Below, piece by piece: positions 42,043 through 51,809 of a stretch of DNA of 64,000 nt. Under the pieces are notes generated by a model. That model was not told the origin of the DNA. It did no database searches and saw only the letters and a list, made by a program, of their open reading frames with translations. The DNA is from a bacterium (GTDB lineage: Bacteria > Zixibacteria > MSB-5A5 > GN15 > FEB-12), in contig JBDRNJ010000064.1 in assembly GCA_043811375.1 (NCBI GenBank), forward strand, positions 32,001 through 96,000, read 5' to 3'. Each line of letters begins with the position of its first letter. Position 1 is the first letter of the stretch. Made by a program: the position numbers and the translations under genes.

Positions 42043-42185
42043 GAGCTATCTACCCGGTTATCCACTGGTAATGCGTCTGCTTACCAGCAATATAGGGAAG
42101 ATTCAATCTTGCGACAAACTTAAAAAAGCGCGGCTGCTTTCATTTGGTGAAAGCAACCACGTATTATCAGAATCAATGTTTTGAA

Positions 42186-43082
42186 TCAAGCCAGCGGCGG
42201 AGCTGTCTCGGTTGCTGCGGCCGGCTGTTGGCCGGAGTAGCCGGTTATCTGCATGAATCCGAGTGTCCACATGGAACTGGCGAACGTTCCGGTAAACGCC
42301 GATGCCAGGATAATTACAATAATTGCCACGATAAGGCCCGGTATCAACCCCAGCCACAGATCGGTGTAGCCGATAATGACGAATGGTATGGCTAGCACCA
42401 GGCAGCAGATTATCAGAATGCACCAGAGCACGAGTTGGGCCAGAAACGAGGAAATTGCCACCCCGATAGATTTACCGACATTGTTTTTCAGCATGTTCCA
42501 GCCCTTGCCCAGGGCGTCCAGCCATTTCTCGTCATAGAGTACGGCGTACCGGATAGCCCAGCCTTCCACTGCCGTTGCGATAAATATGATTGCCACTAAG
42601 AACGGAATGGCCAGAACTGTCAGGACAATTCCCAGACCGACGGCGGCAATATAAGCCGGGACAATCACCATCGCCATACAGAGGATTGCGAATATGGCTG
42701 CTAGAGTAGCCAGTAATATGATGCCGAAGAGCCGAAAGAACTTGTTCAGGCCGACCGACCAGCAGAGACCAAAATTGGTCGGTTGGTTCAGTTCCTTACC
42801 GACGATACCACGGATAAGAGCACTCTCCGAGAGAATACTCATTACCCAGAAGACGATCCAGAGCGCAAAAGCCGCCATCACAGCCATGATAATAAACGCC
42901 GGTTCAAAATCAATGGGGCAGAGGCCAAAGCGATCCCCCCAGTCACTGTCCTTGATAGCGTCGTCCCAGATGTGAGCACCGCCGTTGCCACCGCCGGCGG
43001 CTACGAAAAAGCCAAACAGCCAGAGAAACTTGTGCTTCCAGGCGTTACTGAATGATCGATTCACCAGTGCCATGTAGTCCAT
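42186..43082 (-). CDS. Hypothetical integral membrane protein
   Basis: WKHKFLWLFGFF N-terminus and about 6 TM helices; RBS GGAGG before ATG 43082. Confidence 0.78.
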   Translation of the reverse strand: MDYMALVNRSFSNAWKHKFLWLFGFFVAAGGGNGGAHIWDDAIKDSDWGDRFGLCPIDFEPAFIIMAVMAAFALWIVFWVMSILSESALIRGIVGKELNQPTNFGLCWSVGLNKFFRLFGIILLATLAAIFAILCMAMVIVPAYIAAVGLGIVLTVLAIPFLVAIIFIATAVEGWAIRYAVLYDEKWLDALGKGWNMLKNNVGKSIGVAISSFLAQLVLWCILIICCLVLAIPFVIIGYTDLWLGLIPGLIVAIIVIILASAFTGTFASSMWTLGFMQITGYSGQQPAAATETAPPLA

Positions 43083-43316
43083 ATTTCCTCCACTCCGATT
43101 CAAGAAACCGTTATGGCTCGCTCGGTCATGCTTTCCCTGTCAGGAACGAACCGACCTGCTCCTCACTTACTTAATATACCATCACCATCGAACATAATTC
43201 AACAAAACATATTAGCCGGGGTTGGGGTTCGGTAATCTGCCCGGAAAGGCCGTTCTTAGCACGCCGGCATTGACAGCAATCGACCCTGGCGTAGTCACCA
43301 GTGTCCAAAGAAGGTC

Positions 43317-43345
43317 TTGTCAAAGGACATTCAGAAAAGTACATT
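43317..43345 (+). promoter_or_regulatory. Putative sigma70 promoter of the GNAT gene
   Basis: TTGTCA-17-TACATT. Confidence 0.45.
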
Positions 43346-43384
43346 TATTGCAGTCAAAGGGACAGTCCAACAGTAAGGTAGAAT

Positions 43385-43876
43385 ATGTCTGAGAAGAAAC
43401 TATCAGCATCGGAAATCGAGGTAGTGAAATTCCGTTCGAGTTACGCTCACAAGTTTCGAGACATCAACTACGAATGGCTAGAAGAGTATTTCGAGATCGA
43501 ACCCTATGACAGGATAGTGCTCAACGACCCGCAGAAGCAGATCATCGGGTTGGGAGGAGTGGTGTTTCTGGCTCAGGTGGCGGGGGAGATAGTGGGGACC
43601 GGGGCGCTGTTGAAACACACTCCCGTCAAGTATGAATTGGCCAAGATGGGTGTCGTTAAGAGTTTTCGTGGTCGTGGTGTCGGTCGCCGTCTGACAAACG
43701 AGGCTATTGTTCGAGCCCGTCGGTTGGGGGCGGAAACCCTGGTGTTAGCCACCAGCAAGCAACTTGAGGCCGCCAATCATCTTTACCAGTCGCTCGGTTT
43801 TGAATACGTTGATCTGTCGGTGATCGGCCCCTTACCGTACAAGCGCGAAACCATTGTCATGGCCCTGAAGCTCTAA
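43385..43876 (+). CDS. GNAT family N-acetyltransferase
   Basis: NYEWLEEYF, ELAKMGV..RGRGVG acetyl-CoA motif, LYQSLGF. Confidence 0.92.
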   Translation: MSEKKLSASEIEVVKFRSSYAHKFRDINYEWLEEYFEIEPYDRIVLNDPQKQIIGLGGVVFLAQVAGEIVGTGALLKHTPVKYELAKMGVVKSFRGRGVGRRLTNEAIVRARRLGAETLVLATSKQLEAANHLYQSLGFEYVDLSVIGPLPYKRETIVMALKL

Positions 43877-43940
43877 CGGACAGTATTCGCGCGTGCTCTT
43901 GGGAGTCAACCCCGCCGGGTTCGAGTATGCAAGAAGGCTG

Positions 43941-44261
43941 TTACTCGGCGTTGAGCAGATCGAAGGGATTAAAAATGCTCTTCATGACCGGATCAATCTC
44001 TTCCTTTCGATAGGCCCGGTAAGTTTGGGTCTTAACATTACCCAGGGTGCTCAGACTGTATGAGTGGGCCATGGCATCCTCTTCCTTGTTGACTTCGAAG
44101 ATGTGGATCACGTCGTACGGTCCATTAGTCCAGAAAGTGTCAATTATCTTGATGCCCTGCTTCTCCGCCACTTTGGCGAATGCTTCCGCCCTGGCGGTGC
44201 TTTTACCCAGTGACCGGGCTCCTTCTTCGGTAAATGTCATCAGGGGAATATACGTTGCCAT
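43941..44261 (-). CDS. GYD domain protein
   Basis: MATYIPLMTFTEEG..FWTNGPYDVI..GNVKTQT; RBS GGAGG. Confidence 0.88.
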   Translation of the reverse strand: MATYIPLMTFTEEGARSLGKSTARAEAFAKVAEKQGIKIIDTFWTNGPYDVIHIFEVNKEEDAMAHSYSLSTLGNVKTQTYRAYRKEEIDPVMKSIFNPFDLLNAE

Positions 44262-44654
44262 GTTTCCTCCAGTGCCAAGATTAGATATTCCGGTTTTTTC
44301 CCGTGTCTTGGCTGCAGCCACGACAGAGAGAACTTATCCTGCAACTGAAATTAGGCGGTCAGGGCAGGTATGGCAAGAAAAACTATCGGTCCCGATTTCC
44401 GTTATCCGGCTGCCGGTGTTAGTAAATCACCCCGGGTTGCTGCTCGACTGATTCGCTCCGAGTTTGGATTTCAGGAACGCCGGTACGCCCCATTGCAATG
44501 TAATACATAGTGGGACAACCACTTATATCTGTTGACGTGTGGCTGGTCGGTTCGGCGGGTCCGGCTGAAGGTGATTGACCTGAGAGTGAAGAAATAACCG
44601 GCAGCCATTGTACATTATCTAACCGATAGCCGCGAAACATTTTGTAATTAACTC

Positions 44655-44683
44655 TGGACTTTGTTATTTAGAACCGATATATT
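44655..44683 (+). promoter_or_regulatory. Promoter of RRM gene 1
   Basis: TGGACT-17-TATATT, homologous to the promoter of RRM gene 2. Confidence 0.55.
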
Positions 44684-44864
44684 TAGTGACCAAAACTGGT
44701 TTCTATCACTGCTTTTGCTGAGGCTTTGTTCTTTCAACTTAATCTCTGAAAAGGCTGAGTTTGGGAACCGACGCGCAATGGTGCGCTTAAACGGGTTTAT
44801 CTCGACGAAAGCAGTCCCTGCGGGATGAGGTTTCGGGTGGGGATAAGCAAGACCGGAGTGTAGA

Positions 44865-45200
44865 ATGAACATCTACGTAGGTAACCTGTCGTTTGATACG
44901 ACAGAAGAGCAATTACGTCAGGCGTTTGAGGGCTTTGGAGAAGTCTCGAGCATCAACATCATCAAGGACAAGTACACCGGCGAACCAAGAGGATTTGGTT
45001 TCGTGGAGATGCCCGACGGAGAACAGTCCCAAGCCGCTATCGCCGGCTTGAACGGTCAGGACTTGAACGGGCGTACGTTGAATGTTAACGAGGCACGCCC
45101 GCGCGCCGATAGAGGCGGCGGCGGCGGTGGTCGTGGTGGCGGTGGTGGCCGCGGCGGCGGCGGCGGTCGTGGCGGCAACCAGCGTCGTCGGACCTGGTAA
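44865..45200 (+). CDS. RRM RNA-binding protein with Gly/Arg-rich tail
   Basis: RNP2 IYVGNL, RNP1 RGFGFVEM, VNEARPR, RGG tail. Confidence 0.96.
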   Translation: MNIYVGNLSFDTTEEQLRQAFEGFGEVSSINIIKDKYTGEPRGFGFVEMPDGEQSQAAIAGLNGQDLNGRTLNVNEARPRADRGGGGGGRGGGGGRGGGGGRGGNQRRRTW

Positions 45201-45247
45201 TGGATTTCGAGTTTACCGCTCGTAATTACGAAAACTTCATTTGTTAG

Positions 45248-45280
45248 AAGGAGACCGGCTTGAGCCGGTCTCCTTTGTAT
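45248..45280 (+). terminator. Intrinsic terminator
   Basis: AAGGAGACCGGCT/AGCCGGTCTCCTT hairpin followed by a T-rich tract. Confidence 0.8.
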
Positions 45281-45506
45281 TTCTTGATTGTCGGTTTGGT
45301 AACCCGGATAATGCCAATTGTAGTCACCGTACTAAATGTATTCGGGCAACAATCGGGACAGCTTTACTCGTCAACGTAATCAATTGTAATCCATGGACAT
45401 ACAGCTCTACAAGGGTAAATGGTGTGGTCGGAATGGATGCCGGGAAGTCTGCCCGGGGAAACCGGCAGGGAAAAATAGTTTATTGAAACTATGTTTATTG
45501 AAACTA

Positions 45507-45535
45507 TTGACTTTATTACCATTAACCGATATAAA
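45507..45535 (+). promoter_or_regulatory. Promoter of RRM gene 2
   Basis: TTGACT-17-TATAAA. Confidence 0.65.
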
Positions 45536-45718
45536 CAACAGTTACATTTGGTTTCCGTCAATGCTTTTGTCGAGGCTTTGTTAAATTTCCTGTCAAATAA
45601 TCGGTAAAGCTGAATCTGGGGACCGCCGCGCAATAGTGCGCATTAATACGTTTGGCTTTACAGGCTTATCCTGCATGGCATAGAGTCTGTATCGGAACAA
45701 ACAAGACCGGAGTGTAGA

Positions 45719-46027
45719 ATGAATATCTACATTGGCAACCTGTCGTACGACACGACGGAAGAACAGTTACGTCAGGCGTTTGAAGACTTCGGAGAAGTCT
45801 CAAGCGTCAATATCATCAAGGACAAATACACCGGCGAATCAAGAGGATTTGCATTCGTGGAAATGCCTGACGAAGATAAGGCTCAGTCGGCAATCACCGG
45901 TGTGAACACCCAGGAATTGAACGGGCGCACGTTGAATGTCAACGAAGCGCGTCCGCGCAATGACGACCGCGGCGACCGTGGTGGTCGTGGTGGTGGTGGC
46001 GGTGGTTATCGCCAACACAACTGGTAG
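45719..46027 (+). CDS. RRM RNA-binding protein (paralog)
   Basis: IYIGNL, RGFAFVEM, VNEARPR. Confidence 0.96.
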   Translation: MNIYIGNLSYDTTEEQLRQAFEDFGEVSSVNIIKDKYTGESRGFAFVEMPDEDKAQSAITGVNTQELNGRTLNVNEARPRNDDRGDRGGRGGGGGGYRQHNW

Positions 46028-46075
46028 AAATGCCAACTGGTGTACCGGCAGGTACATCAGTGCTTGATACGATGT

Positions 46076-46112
46076 AAACGAGGTCGACTCCATGCCGACC
46101 TCGTTTTTTTGT
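46076..46112 (+). terminator. Intrinsic terminator
   Basis: AAACGAGGTCG/CGACCTCGTTT hairpin followed by a T run. Confidence 0.85.
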
Positions 46113-46341
46113 TTCCTAACCTGGATGAATCTCCGCCCGGTGGCAGGTGACCGTGCCTGATGGTGGATACGACAATGGTAGTTCTATCCGGTGTCAGCCA
46201 GAGTCGGCTGACACCACAGAATGAACAAAGCCGTCTCCTATTATGTATATAAGTGCCGTCAGGTGACTCGAGGTTGTACCACAAGTCAGCTTTGAGTGCA
46301 TTTAACGTTGCATCTAATAAATCGTCACTCGGTAAACCCGC

Positions 46342-46411
46342 GTAGCGGCGGGCTTTATGTCCGCCGGTGGCATCGCCACTTCTATTAGCGGGAGACAACC
46401 CCCCGCTCTAC
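46342..46411. repeat. GTAG-type REP doublet
   Basis: GTAG-CGGCGGGC..GTCCGCC and GCGGG..CCCGCT-CTAC. Confidence 0.7.
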
Positions 46412-46811
46412 GCGCGTTAGAATAATTACCTTTTGGGACAGCCTCACTCTACCTGACGGCACCCGGTCAACCGCAACCGCCAGGAAAGGATTCCTGGCGG
46501 CGCTTTGTATCAACGTCATACTGAGCGGAGTCGAAATCGGGGGCAGGTCAAGGTCGTCAAGTTCAATTGTGGAGCAGGTCTCGGCTCCGATCAGATCGGC
46601 TACGACCTTGGCACCTTCTTCGATACAGCCGACATAGAACAGCATTTTCGCCAGGTGGAGTGCGACTGTTCGGTATTGCACCGGGCTGAGTCACATTATA
46701 TTGACATGGTTTCCGTATCTGCCTAACTTGCGGGCCGGAGCCGATGGACACCGTGGCGACCGGACCGGGTGGCGGTGTCAGATTGGTGAGTCGAGGCTCT
46801 GGGAGGAGGTC

Positions 46812-48026
46812 TTGCTGCACTATAGTCGACGACAGTTCCTGCGTGCGTCGCTGGGGGCTTCAGCCGGGTTGGTTGGGATCGGTCCGCTCCTGTCCGGGCT
46901 AGGGTGTACTTACCGCAGCAGACTGCCGGTCAGTCGCCCCGATCGGCGAGTACTGGCCGATCTTCATGTTCATGCTATGACCAACGCCTGGAATCGTACT
47001 ACCCCTTTGGCGGTCAAGTATCCGGCCCTGGTGAGACTGGTGGAGAGATTCGCCAACAAAACCGGCATGGACTGGGAGGATTGTCACGCTGCGGGTATCG
47101 ATCTGATTTGTGTTGCTCATTTCAATGTTTTTGACGAATGGCTGTCGATGCCAACCGACCCTAATCCGGAGGCACCGGTGAACACGTTGCGTATGATGGA
47201 TCAGTTGGAGGAGGAGCTGAACGGCCCGACTCGGCCATACGCCCGGTTAGCGGTGAATCGCAGCGAACTGGGTGAATTGCTGAAGATTCCCAAGTCCAGC
47301 CCGGAGTATCGCATTGCAGTGATACATACTCTGGAGGGTGGTCATGCGCTGGGGGGTGATATAGCCTCTCTGGAGCAGTTCGCTCGGCGCGGTGTGGCGA
47401 TGATCTGCCTGACGCACTTTTTCAACAAAGGAATTGCCTCGGCGGCCAACGCCTATCCGTATTTCCCCGATGACAACAGCCGCCGAACGCACCAGGGGCT
47501 CAGCGGATTGGGTCGGGAAGTTGTGACTGAAATGGAGAGACTGGGAATCATTGTTGACGTTACCCATGCCACGGCTACCGCGGTGGAGGATATTCTCAAG
47601 GCGGCCAAGCGACCACTGGTGGCCAGCCATTGCACCGCGCAGACTCTGAGTGATCATCCCTACTCGCTACTGGATGAACATATACAGCAGATCGCACACG
47701 ACGGGGGTGTCGTTGGAGTCATTGTCGACCCGTATCTGCTTTCCAATTACGCCACCGTTCATGACTCCGAACGGGGGGGTGGTCTCCGTGACGTTGTGCG
47801 AATGGTGCGCTACATTGTAAAATTGTGCGGCAACCACCGGCAGGTGGCTATCGGCAGCGATTTCGCCGGTTATATTGTAGCTCCCTCGGACATGGATCGG
47901 TTGAGCCAGATTGACCGCCTGAGTAGCATGCTGATGGATGAGTTCGGCAGCCGAAGTGTGGTCGAGGACATCATGGCCAACAACGTCATTGATTTCATCC
48001 AGACGAACTGGCGGGCAGGGGGCTGA
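46812..48026 (+). CDS. Membrane dipeptidase (M19 amidohydrolase) with Tat/lipoprotein signal
   Basis: SRRQFL twin-arginine motif, LGC; DLHVH, LEGGH, LTH, VDVTH, ASH, IGSDF; TTG start after GGAGG. Confidence 0.88.
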   Translation: MLHYSRRQFLRASLGASAGLVGIGPLLSGLGCTYRSRLPVSRPDRRVLADLHVHAMTNAWNRTTPLAVKYPALVRLVERFANKTGMDWEDCHAAGIDLICVAHFNVFDEWLSMPTDPNPEAPVNTLRMMDQLEEELNGPTRPYARLAVNRSELGELLKIPKSSPEYRIAVIHTLEGGHALGGDIASLEQFARRGVAMICLTHFFNKGIASAANAYPYFPDDNSRRTHQGLSGLGREVVTEMERLGIIVDVTHATATAVEDILKAAKRPLVASHCTAQTLSDHPYSLLDEHIQQIAHDGGVVGVIVDPYLLSNYATVHDSERGGGLRDVVRMVRYIVKLCGNHRQVAIGSDFAGYIVAPSDMDRLSQIDRLSSMLMDEFGSRSVVEDIMANNVIDFIQTNWRAGG

Positions 48027-48027
48027 G

Positions 48028-49686
48028 ATGGTCAAGCGCCTGGCGGTCTTATGTCTGATTTCGGCTCTGCTCTGTGGCATTATGGTTAATGCCGTTGAGA
48101 CCGGGGAGGGAGAGGAACATCGTCTGCTGGGCGATTCGGTCTACCACCCGATTATGCGTCTGTGTGCCACGCCGCTGGCTGATGCGGCTTATCGAATTGG
48201 GAACGGACCGGGCAGCTTGATAGTGCCCGACACGCTGCATAACGGGCTTAGCTTCGGACAGTTGTGTTCCTTGAGTGCGGCGGATGATCTGGCCCGGGAC
48301 CGGTTCCATGAAAGAGGCCGAACAGTGCTGCACCAACTGAGCCGGCTCACCGCCGAGCGGATAGCTGCGGTCTGGCAGATCGTGTCGGTTGATGCGACCG
48401 ACACGATCTGCTACCGGATTGCAAGTGGACGGAATTCGAGTCAGAATGTGCTGAGTTCGTATCTCCTGCACCATCTGATGGCGTTACGTTTGGCCGGAAG
48501 GACTGCCGACGGAGTTCTCTCGGAGCAACAAGGTCTGCTTCGCGCCCTGAGCTGGGAGGCTGCCGCTCAGGGTTTTCTGGTCGACGCCTTCTCGTCCGGA
48601 CACCTGCTGGTCGATCAGCAGGACCCCTGGTGGCGGTGGCAGCGACGTAACCGGATCGAGGCGCACCACTACCATCGTGACCAGGGTGTGTACGTGATCA
48701 ACTCCCGCGGCGATGTCTGGCGAACCTATGGTGACCGGCTGATGCACTGGCATGCTCCTGCCTACCGCGCGGTTGTTCAAGCCGGCCGGTCTTCGCTGCA
48801 GGAGGTCCTGGCAGTATTCTTTCTAATGTCAGGATTTGGTCTGCCAGAGCAGTTGAGTTCCTGGCTTGATTCCATGGCGCTCGAGATCTTACCGCAGCAG
48901 TGGGTGTCGTCGTGGCTGTTCCAACGGGCCGGGGCCGACTACTACGCCACACTCCGTTTGCCGACGCTGTTGCTCTTGCCGATGCCGGTATCAGCCACCT
49001 GGAGTGTGCGCACTCAAGAGCGGGACGAGTACGGCGTCAGACGGCATCATCACTTCCCGCAGTTGAGCGATCCGGGTCTGCATGATCCGGATCTGAGCGG
49101 TATCGACACCGAGTTTCTGTATCCACGCTCGGCTGTGCCGGAGTGGATGATTCCGGTGCCGTTGCGGGGTGATCTGCCGCGCCCGGTGGACTCACTCATA
49201 AAGAACGATCCCGACTGGGCCTCAGTACGCTGGGTGCAGAATCGGTATGCTCTTCCCAGCTACAAGGGGGCGCTGGTGCATCTCGGCGGACAGGTAACCA
49301 GCGTTAATGGTGCTTGGCGGTCGGGTGCATTGCTGGGTCTTGGTTACGGGTTCTGGGACGATCTGATTGTCGTGAAAAACGTTTCAGTCAGCGCTGTCCT
49401 TCAGAACTCTGCGATCGAATGGGGTAAGTTGCTGCTGGTGCCATCGGTGGGCGGTGGTCTGGCCACAGGTTCCGGACGGATAAAGGCTCTGCGGTTTGAA
49501 ACCGGGCTGGCAATAGACTTAAGCTCAGACGGTCACGGTATCGGCAGTATGGCAGCGATTGGTATTGACAGCCGCGTCTACGCGCTTCGATTCACCAACG
49601 CCGGTATATCATGGCGACTGAAATACCAGTGGTTTAATCTGAAAGGACTGCGGCACGGTCCCTGCCTGGAACTGCTGCTGCATTGA
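48028..49686 (+). CDS. Secreted hypothetical protein, zinc phospholipase-C-like N-terminal domain plus beta-rich C-terminus
   Basis: Signal peptide, EH..LGD, FLVDAFSSGH, H..GV.V.N.RG..W..YGD. Confidence 0.55.
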   Translation: MVKRLAVLCLISALLCGIMVNAVETGEGEEHRLLGDSVYHPIMRLCATPLADAAYRIGNGPGSLIVPDTLHNGLSFGQLCSLSAADDLARDRFHERGRTVLHQLSRLTAERIAAVWQIVSVDATDTICYRIASGRNSSQNVLSSYLLHHLMALRLAGRTADGVLSEQQGLLRALSWEAAAQGFLVDAFSSGHLLVDQQDPWWRWQRRNRIEAHHYHRDQGVYVINSRGDVWRTYGDRLMHWHAPAYRAVVQAGRSSLQEVLAVFFLMSGFGLPEQLSSWLDSMALEILPQQWVSSWLFQRAGADYYATLRLPTLLLLPMPVSATWSVRTQERDEYGVRRHHHFPQLSDPGLHDPDLSGIDTEFLYPRSAVPEWMIPVPLRGDLPRPVDSLIKNDPDWASVRWVQNRYALPSYKGALVHLGGQVTSVNGAWRSGALLGLGYGFWDDLIVVKNVSVSAVLQNSAIEWGKLLLVPSVGGGLATGSGRIKALRFETGLAIDLSSDGHGIGSMAAIGIDSRVYALRFTNAGISWRLKYQWFNLKGLRHGPCLELLLH

Positions 49687-49709
49687 TCAGTGGTAGGGTA
49701 TCGGCCGGG

Positions 49710-51143
49710 TCACTCAATAGGCATCCGCAAGGTGACCGCCGTACCTGTTTGCGGTGTGCTGGATAAGTCGATCTTTCCGCTGTGGTTTTCCATGATCCGG
49801 TAACAGATCGAAAGCCCCAGCCCGGTACCCACTCCGACACCTTTGGTGGTGTAGCCGGGATCAAAAGCCTGCTGCAGTTCTTCGGGCCGCATCCCTTGGC
49901 CGGTGTCGGCAATTCGAATGACTGCCCAGTTTTCCTCCTGCCGCGTGCTGACGGTTATGGTTCCTTCGCGCTCGATTGCCTCGACCGAGTTTAGCAGCAC
50001 ATTCATGAGAATCTGGTTAAATTGACCCGGATAACAGTTCACCGAAGGCAGCTCTTGGAAGTCCCTGACGACGTGGATGTTCTTCTCGGTCGGCATAGGC
50101 AGAATCGTCAGTGAGCTCTCAATACCTTCATGCAGGTCGACCGGTTTGCGCTCAGCCTCGTCCAGACGGGCGAAATTGCGCAAAGCCCGGATGACGGAAT
50201 CAATGCGATGGGTGGCCTCAAGCGTGACAGTGTTCATGTTCGACAGCAATTGTATCGAACGCTGAAGGTCGCCGGTAGCAACTTCCTCGTCCGGGACAAA
50301 TCCGCTCTCGAGAGCCCGGCAGGCGTTTTCCAGAGAGCGCGAGGCCAGGTGGGCGTTGGAATGAATGGCGCCCAGCGGTGTGTTGATCTCATGGGCGATG
50401 CCGGCTACCAGGCTGCCTATTGAGGCCATCTTGGCTGATTGTACCAGTTGAGCCTGAGTGTCGCGCAGTTTGCGATTGGTGACTGCTAACTGGCGACGAG
50501 CCAGATGCTGGTGGAAACGACTGCCATACAGAAGACAGCCAATACCACAGGTGGCGAGCGCAAACAGCACCAAAAAGACGAGAGTTTCCAATGAGCTGGA
50601 AACCGATTGCCAGCCGGTCAGGGCGGGTAAGTACTCTACCGACAAAATATAGAGACCGAGAATGGTGGTGCTGATGGCCAGTGTCTGCCAGGCGCGGAAA
50701 GGGATCATCGCAGAAACAAACATCATCAGCGCCAGCCAACCGACGGTCAGAGAGATGTCAGCCCCGGCGATGTCATCGACGATAATGGCCTGACTGGATA
50801 CAATGAGCATCACTGCGATAGTCAGGCGACCCCATCTGGCGCCCCAACTGATTCTGGCCAACAACAGTGACACAACACCGAGGGTCACTATCAGCAACTT
50901 ATCCCAGATCACTATAACGGTCTGGGGGGCGATCTGATCATAACGCAGGGAAAGCCGATTGTCGGCCAGCAGCAGATGCATCAGGGTGTATATGATGGGG
51001 ATTGTAATGCCCAATATGCCGGCAGCGTGCATGCTGGTGGTCAGTGACCGTAGAATGGTGGTGCGAAAAGTGAGGTCCTTTTCCGCGTCGTGCGGAGCCA
51101 GGAAGGGACGGCGAGTTTTTCTGCTGTCAGCGGATCGACTCAT
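49710..51143 (-). CDS. Membrane sensor histidine kinase (orphan)
   Basis: About 6 TMs; AGIAHEINTPL H-box, NQILMNVLLN, DTGQG, FDPGYTTK, GTGLGL. Confidence 0.93.
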   Translation of the reverse strand: MSRSADSRKTRRPFLAPHDAEKDLTFRTTILRSLTTSMHAAGILGITIPIIYTLMHLLLADNRLSLRYDQIAPQTVIVIWDKLLIVTLGVVSLLLARISWGARWGRLTIAVMLIVSSQAIIVDDIAGADISLTVGWLALMMFVSAMIPFRAWQTLAISTTILGLYILSVEYLPALTGWQSVSSSLETLVFLVLFALATCGIGCLLYGSRFHQHLARRQLAVTNRKLRDTQAQLVQSAKMASIGSLVAGIAHEINTPLGAIHSNAHLASRSLENACRALESGFVPDEEVATGDLQRSIQLLSNMNTVTLEATHRIDSVIRALRNFARLDEAERKPVDLHEGIESSLTILPMPTEKNIHVVRDFQELPSVNCYPGQFNQILMNVLLNSVEAIEREGTITVSTRQEENWAVIRIADTGQGMRPEELQQAFDPGYTTKGVGVGTGLGLSICYRIMENHSGKIDLSSTPQTGTAVTLRMPIE

Positions 51144-51809
51144 AATCAATATCTCCGGCCGGTCTGCGTTGCCGGCGTTCGGACCGAGCTAGATAACCTT
51201 GGGGTTAATATAGGGTCCAGCGCGCTTGAGGCAAGTTCGGATGTGCTTTGGGAAATCGCCGGGCGGCACCCGGTACGGGTGCCGCTGTACTGATCGAGCG
51301 GAAGTTGAACCCCTTTTGATTTCAGGAATCGCAAATACCCAATAGAGTGGGAGTAAACCATTCTAAAGAATGAGTGAAAGACGGTTCTACTCAGTGGGTT
51401 GGCAAGGAATGCCCCAATGGTGGCGCTACGCAAGTCGCATGTTGTGGGCGCCGCATGTGGTTTCAGGTGATCCGTCAAATTCATCTTCCTCGCGCTACCA
51501 CAGGATAGGACGGCATGGTGCTTCTGTCAAGCCGGTTAAGAGGTTACGCTATGCGGGAGATCGATAATACGGCTCCGCGTGTAACTCTATGTCCACAAGT
51601 GATCCCACTGAAACAGGAAGAGGGTATTTCCGGCAGATTGCTATACTGCTTGTTGAGCAGAACGCGTTTCCTCATTCGCGAGTGCAGCAACAGAAAAGAC
51701 TTGCATGGAAGGGTTATTAGGTCGATAGTTACAGCAGTCTGAATCGATAGACTGACGAACTTCGTGGAAGCTCAATTACGAGAAAGACAATAGGACCTGG
51801 TCTTTGACT

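Noticed and set aside
44697..44716. Sigma54-like TGG..TGC in the RRM leaders
   Set aside because: GG-GC spacing is one base too long in both copies, and sigma70-type promoters lie upstream
45110..45180. GGC/GGT microsatellite-like repeat
   Set aside because: Encodes the Gly/Arg-rich tail of the RRM protein
51146..51803. 112-aa ORF and a possible Moco riboswitch upstream of moaA
   Set aside because: The ORF has no motif and overlaps the likely kinase promoter and a hairpin; no recognisable Moco RNA consensus seen (Rfam scan needed to exclude)
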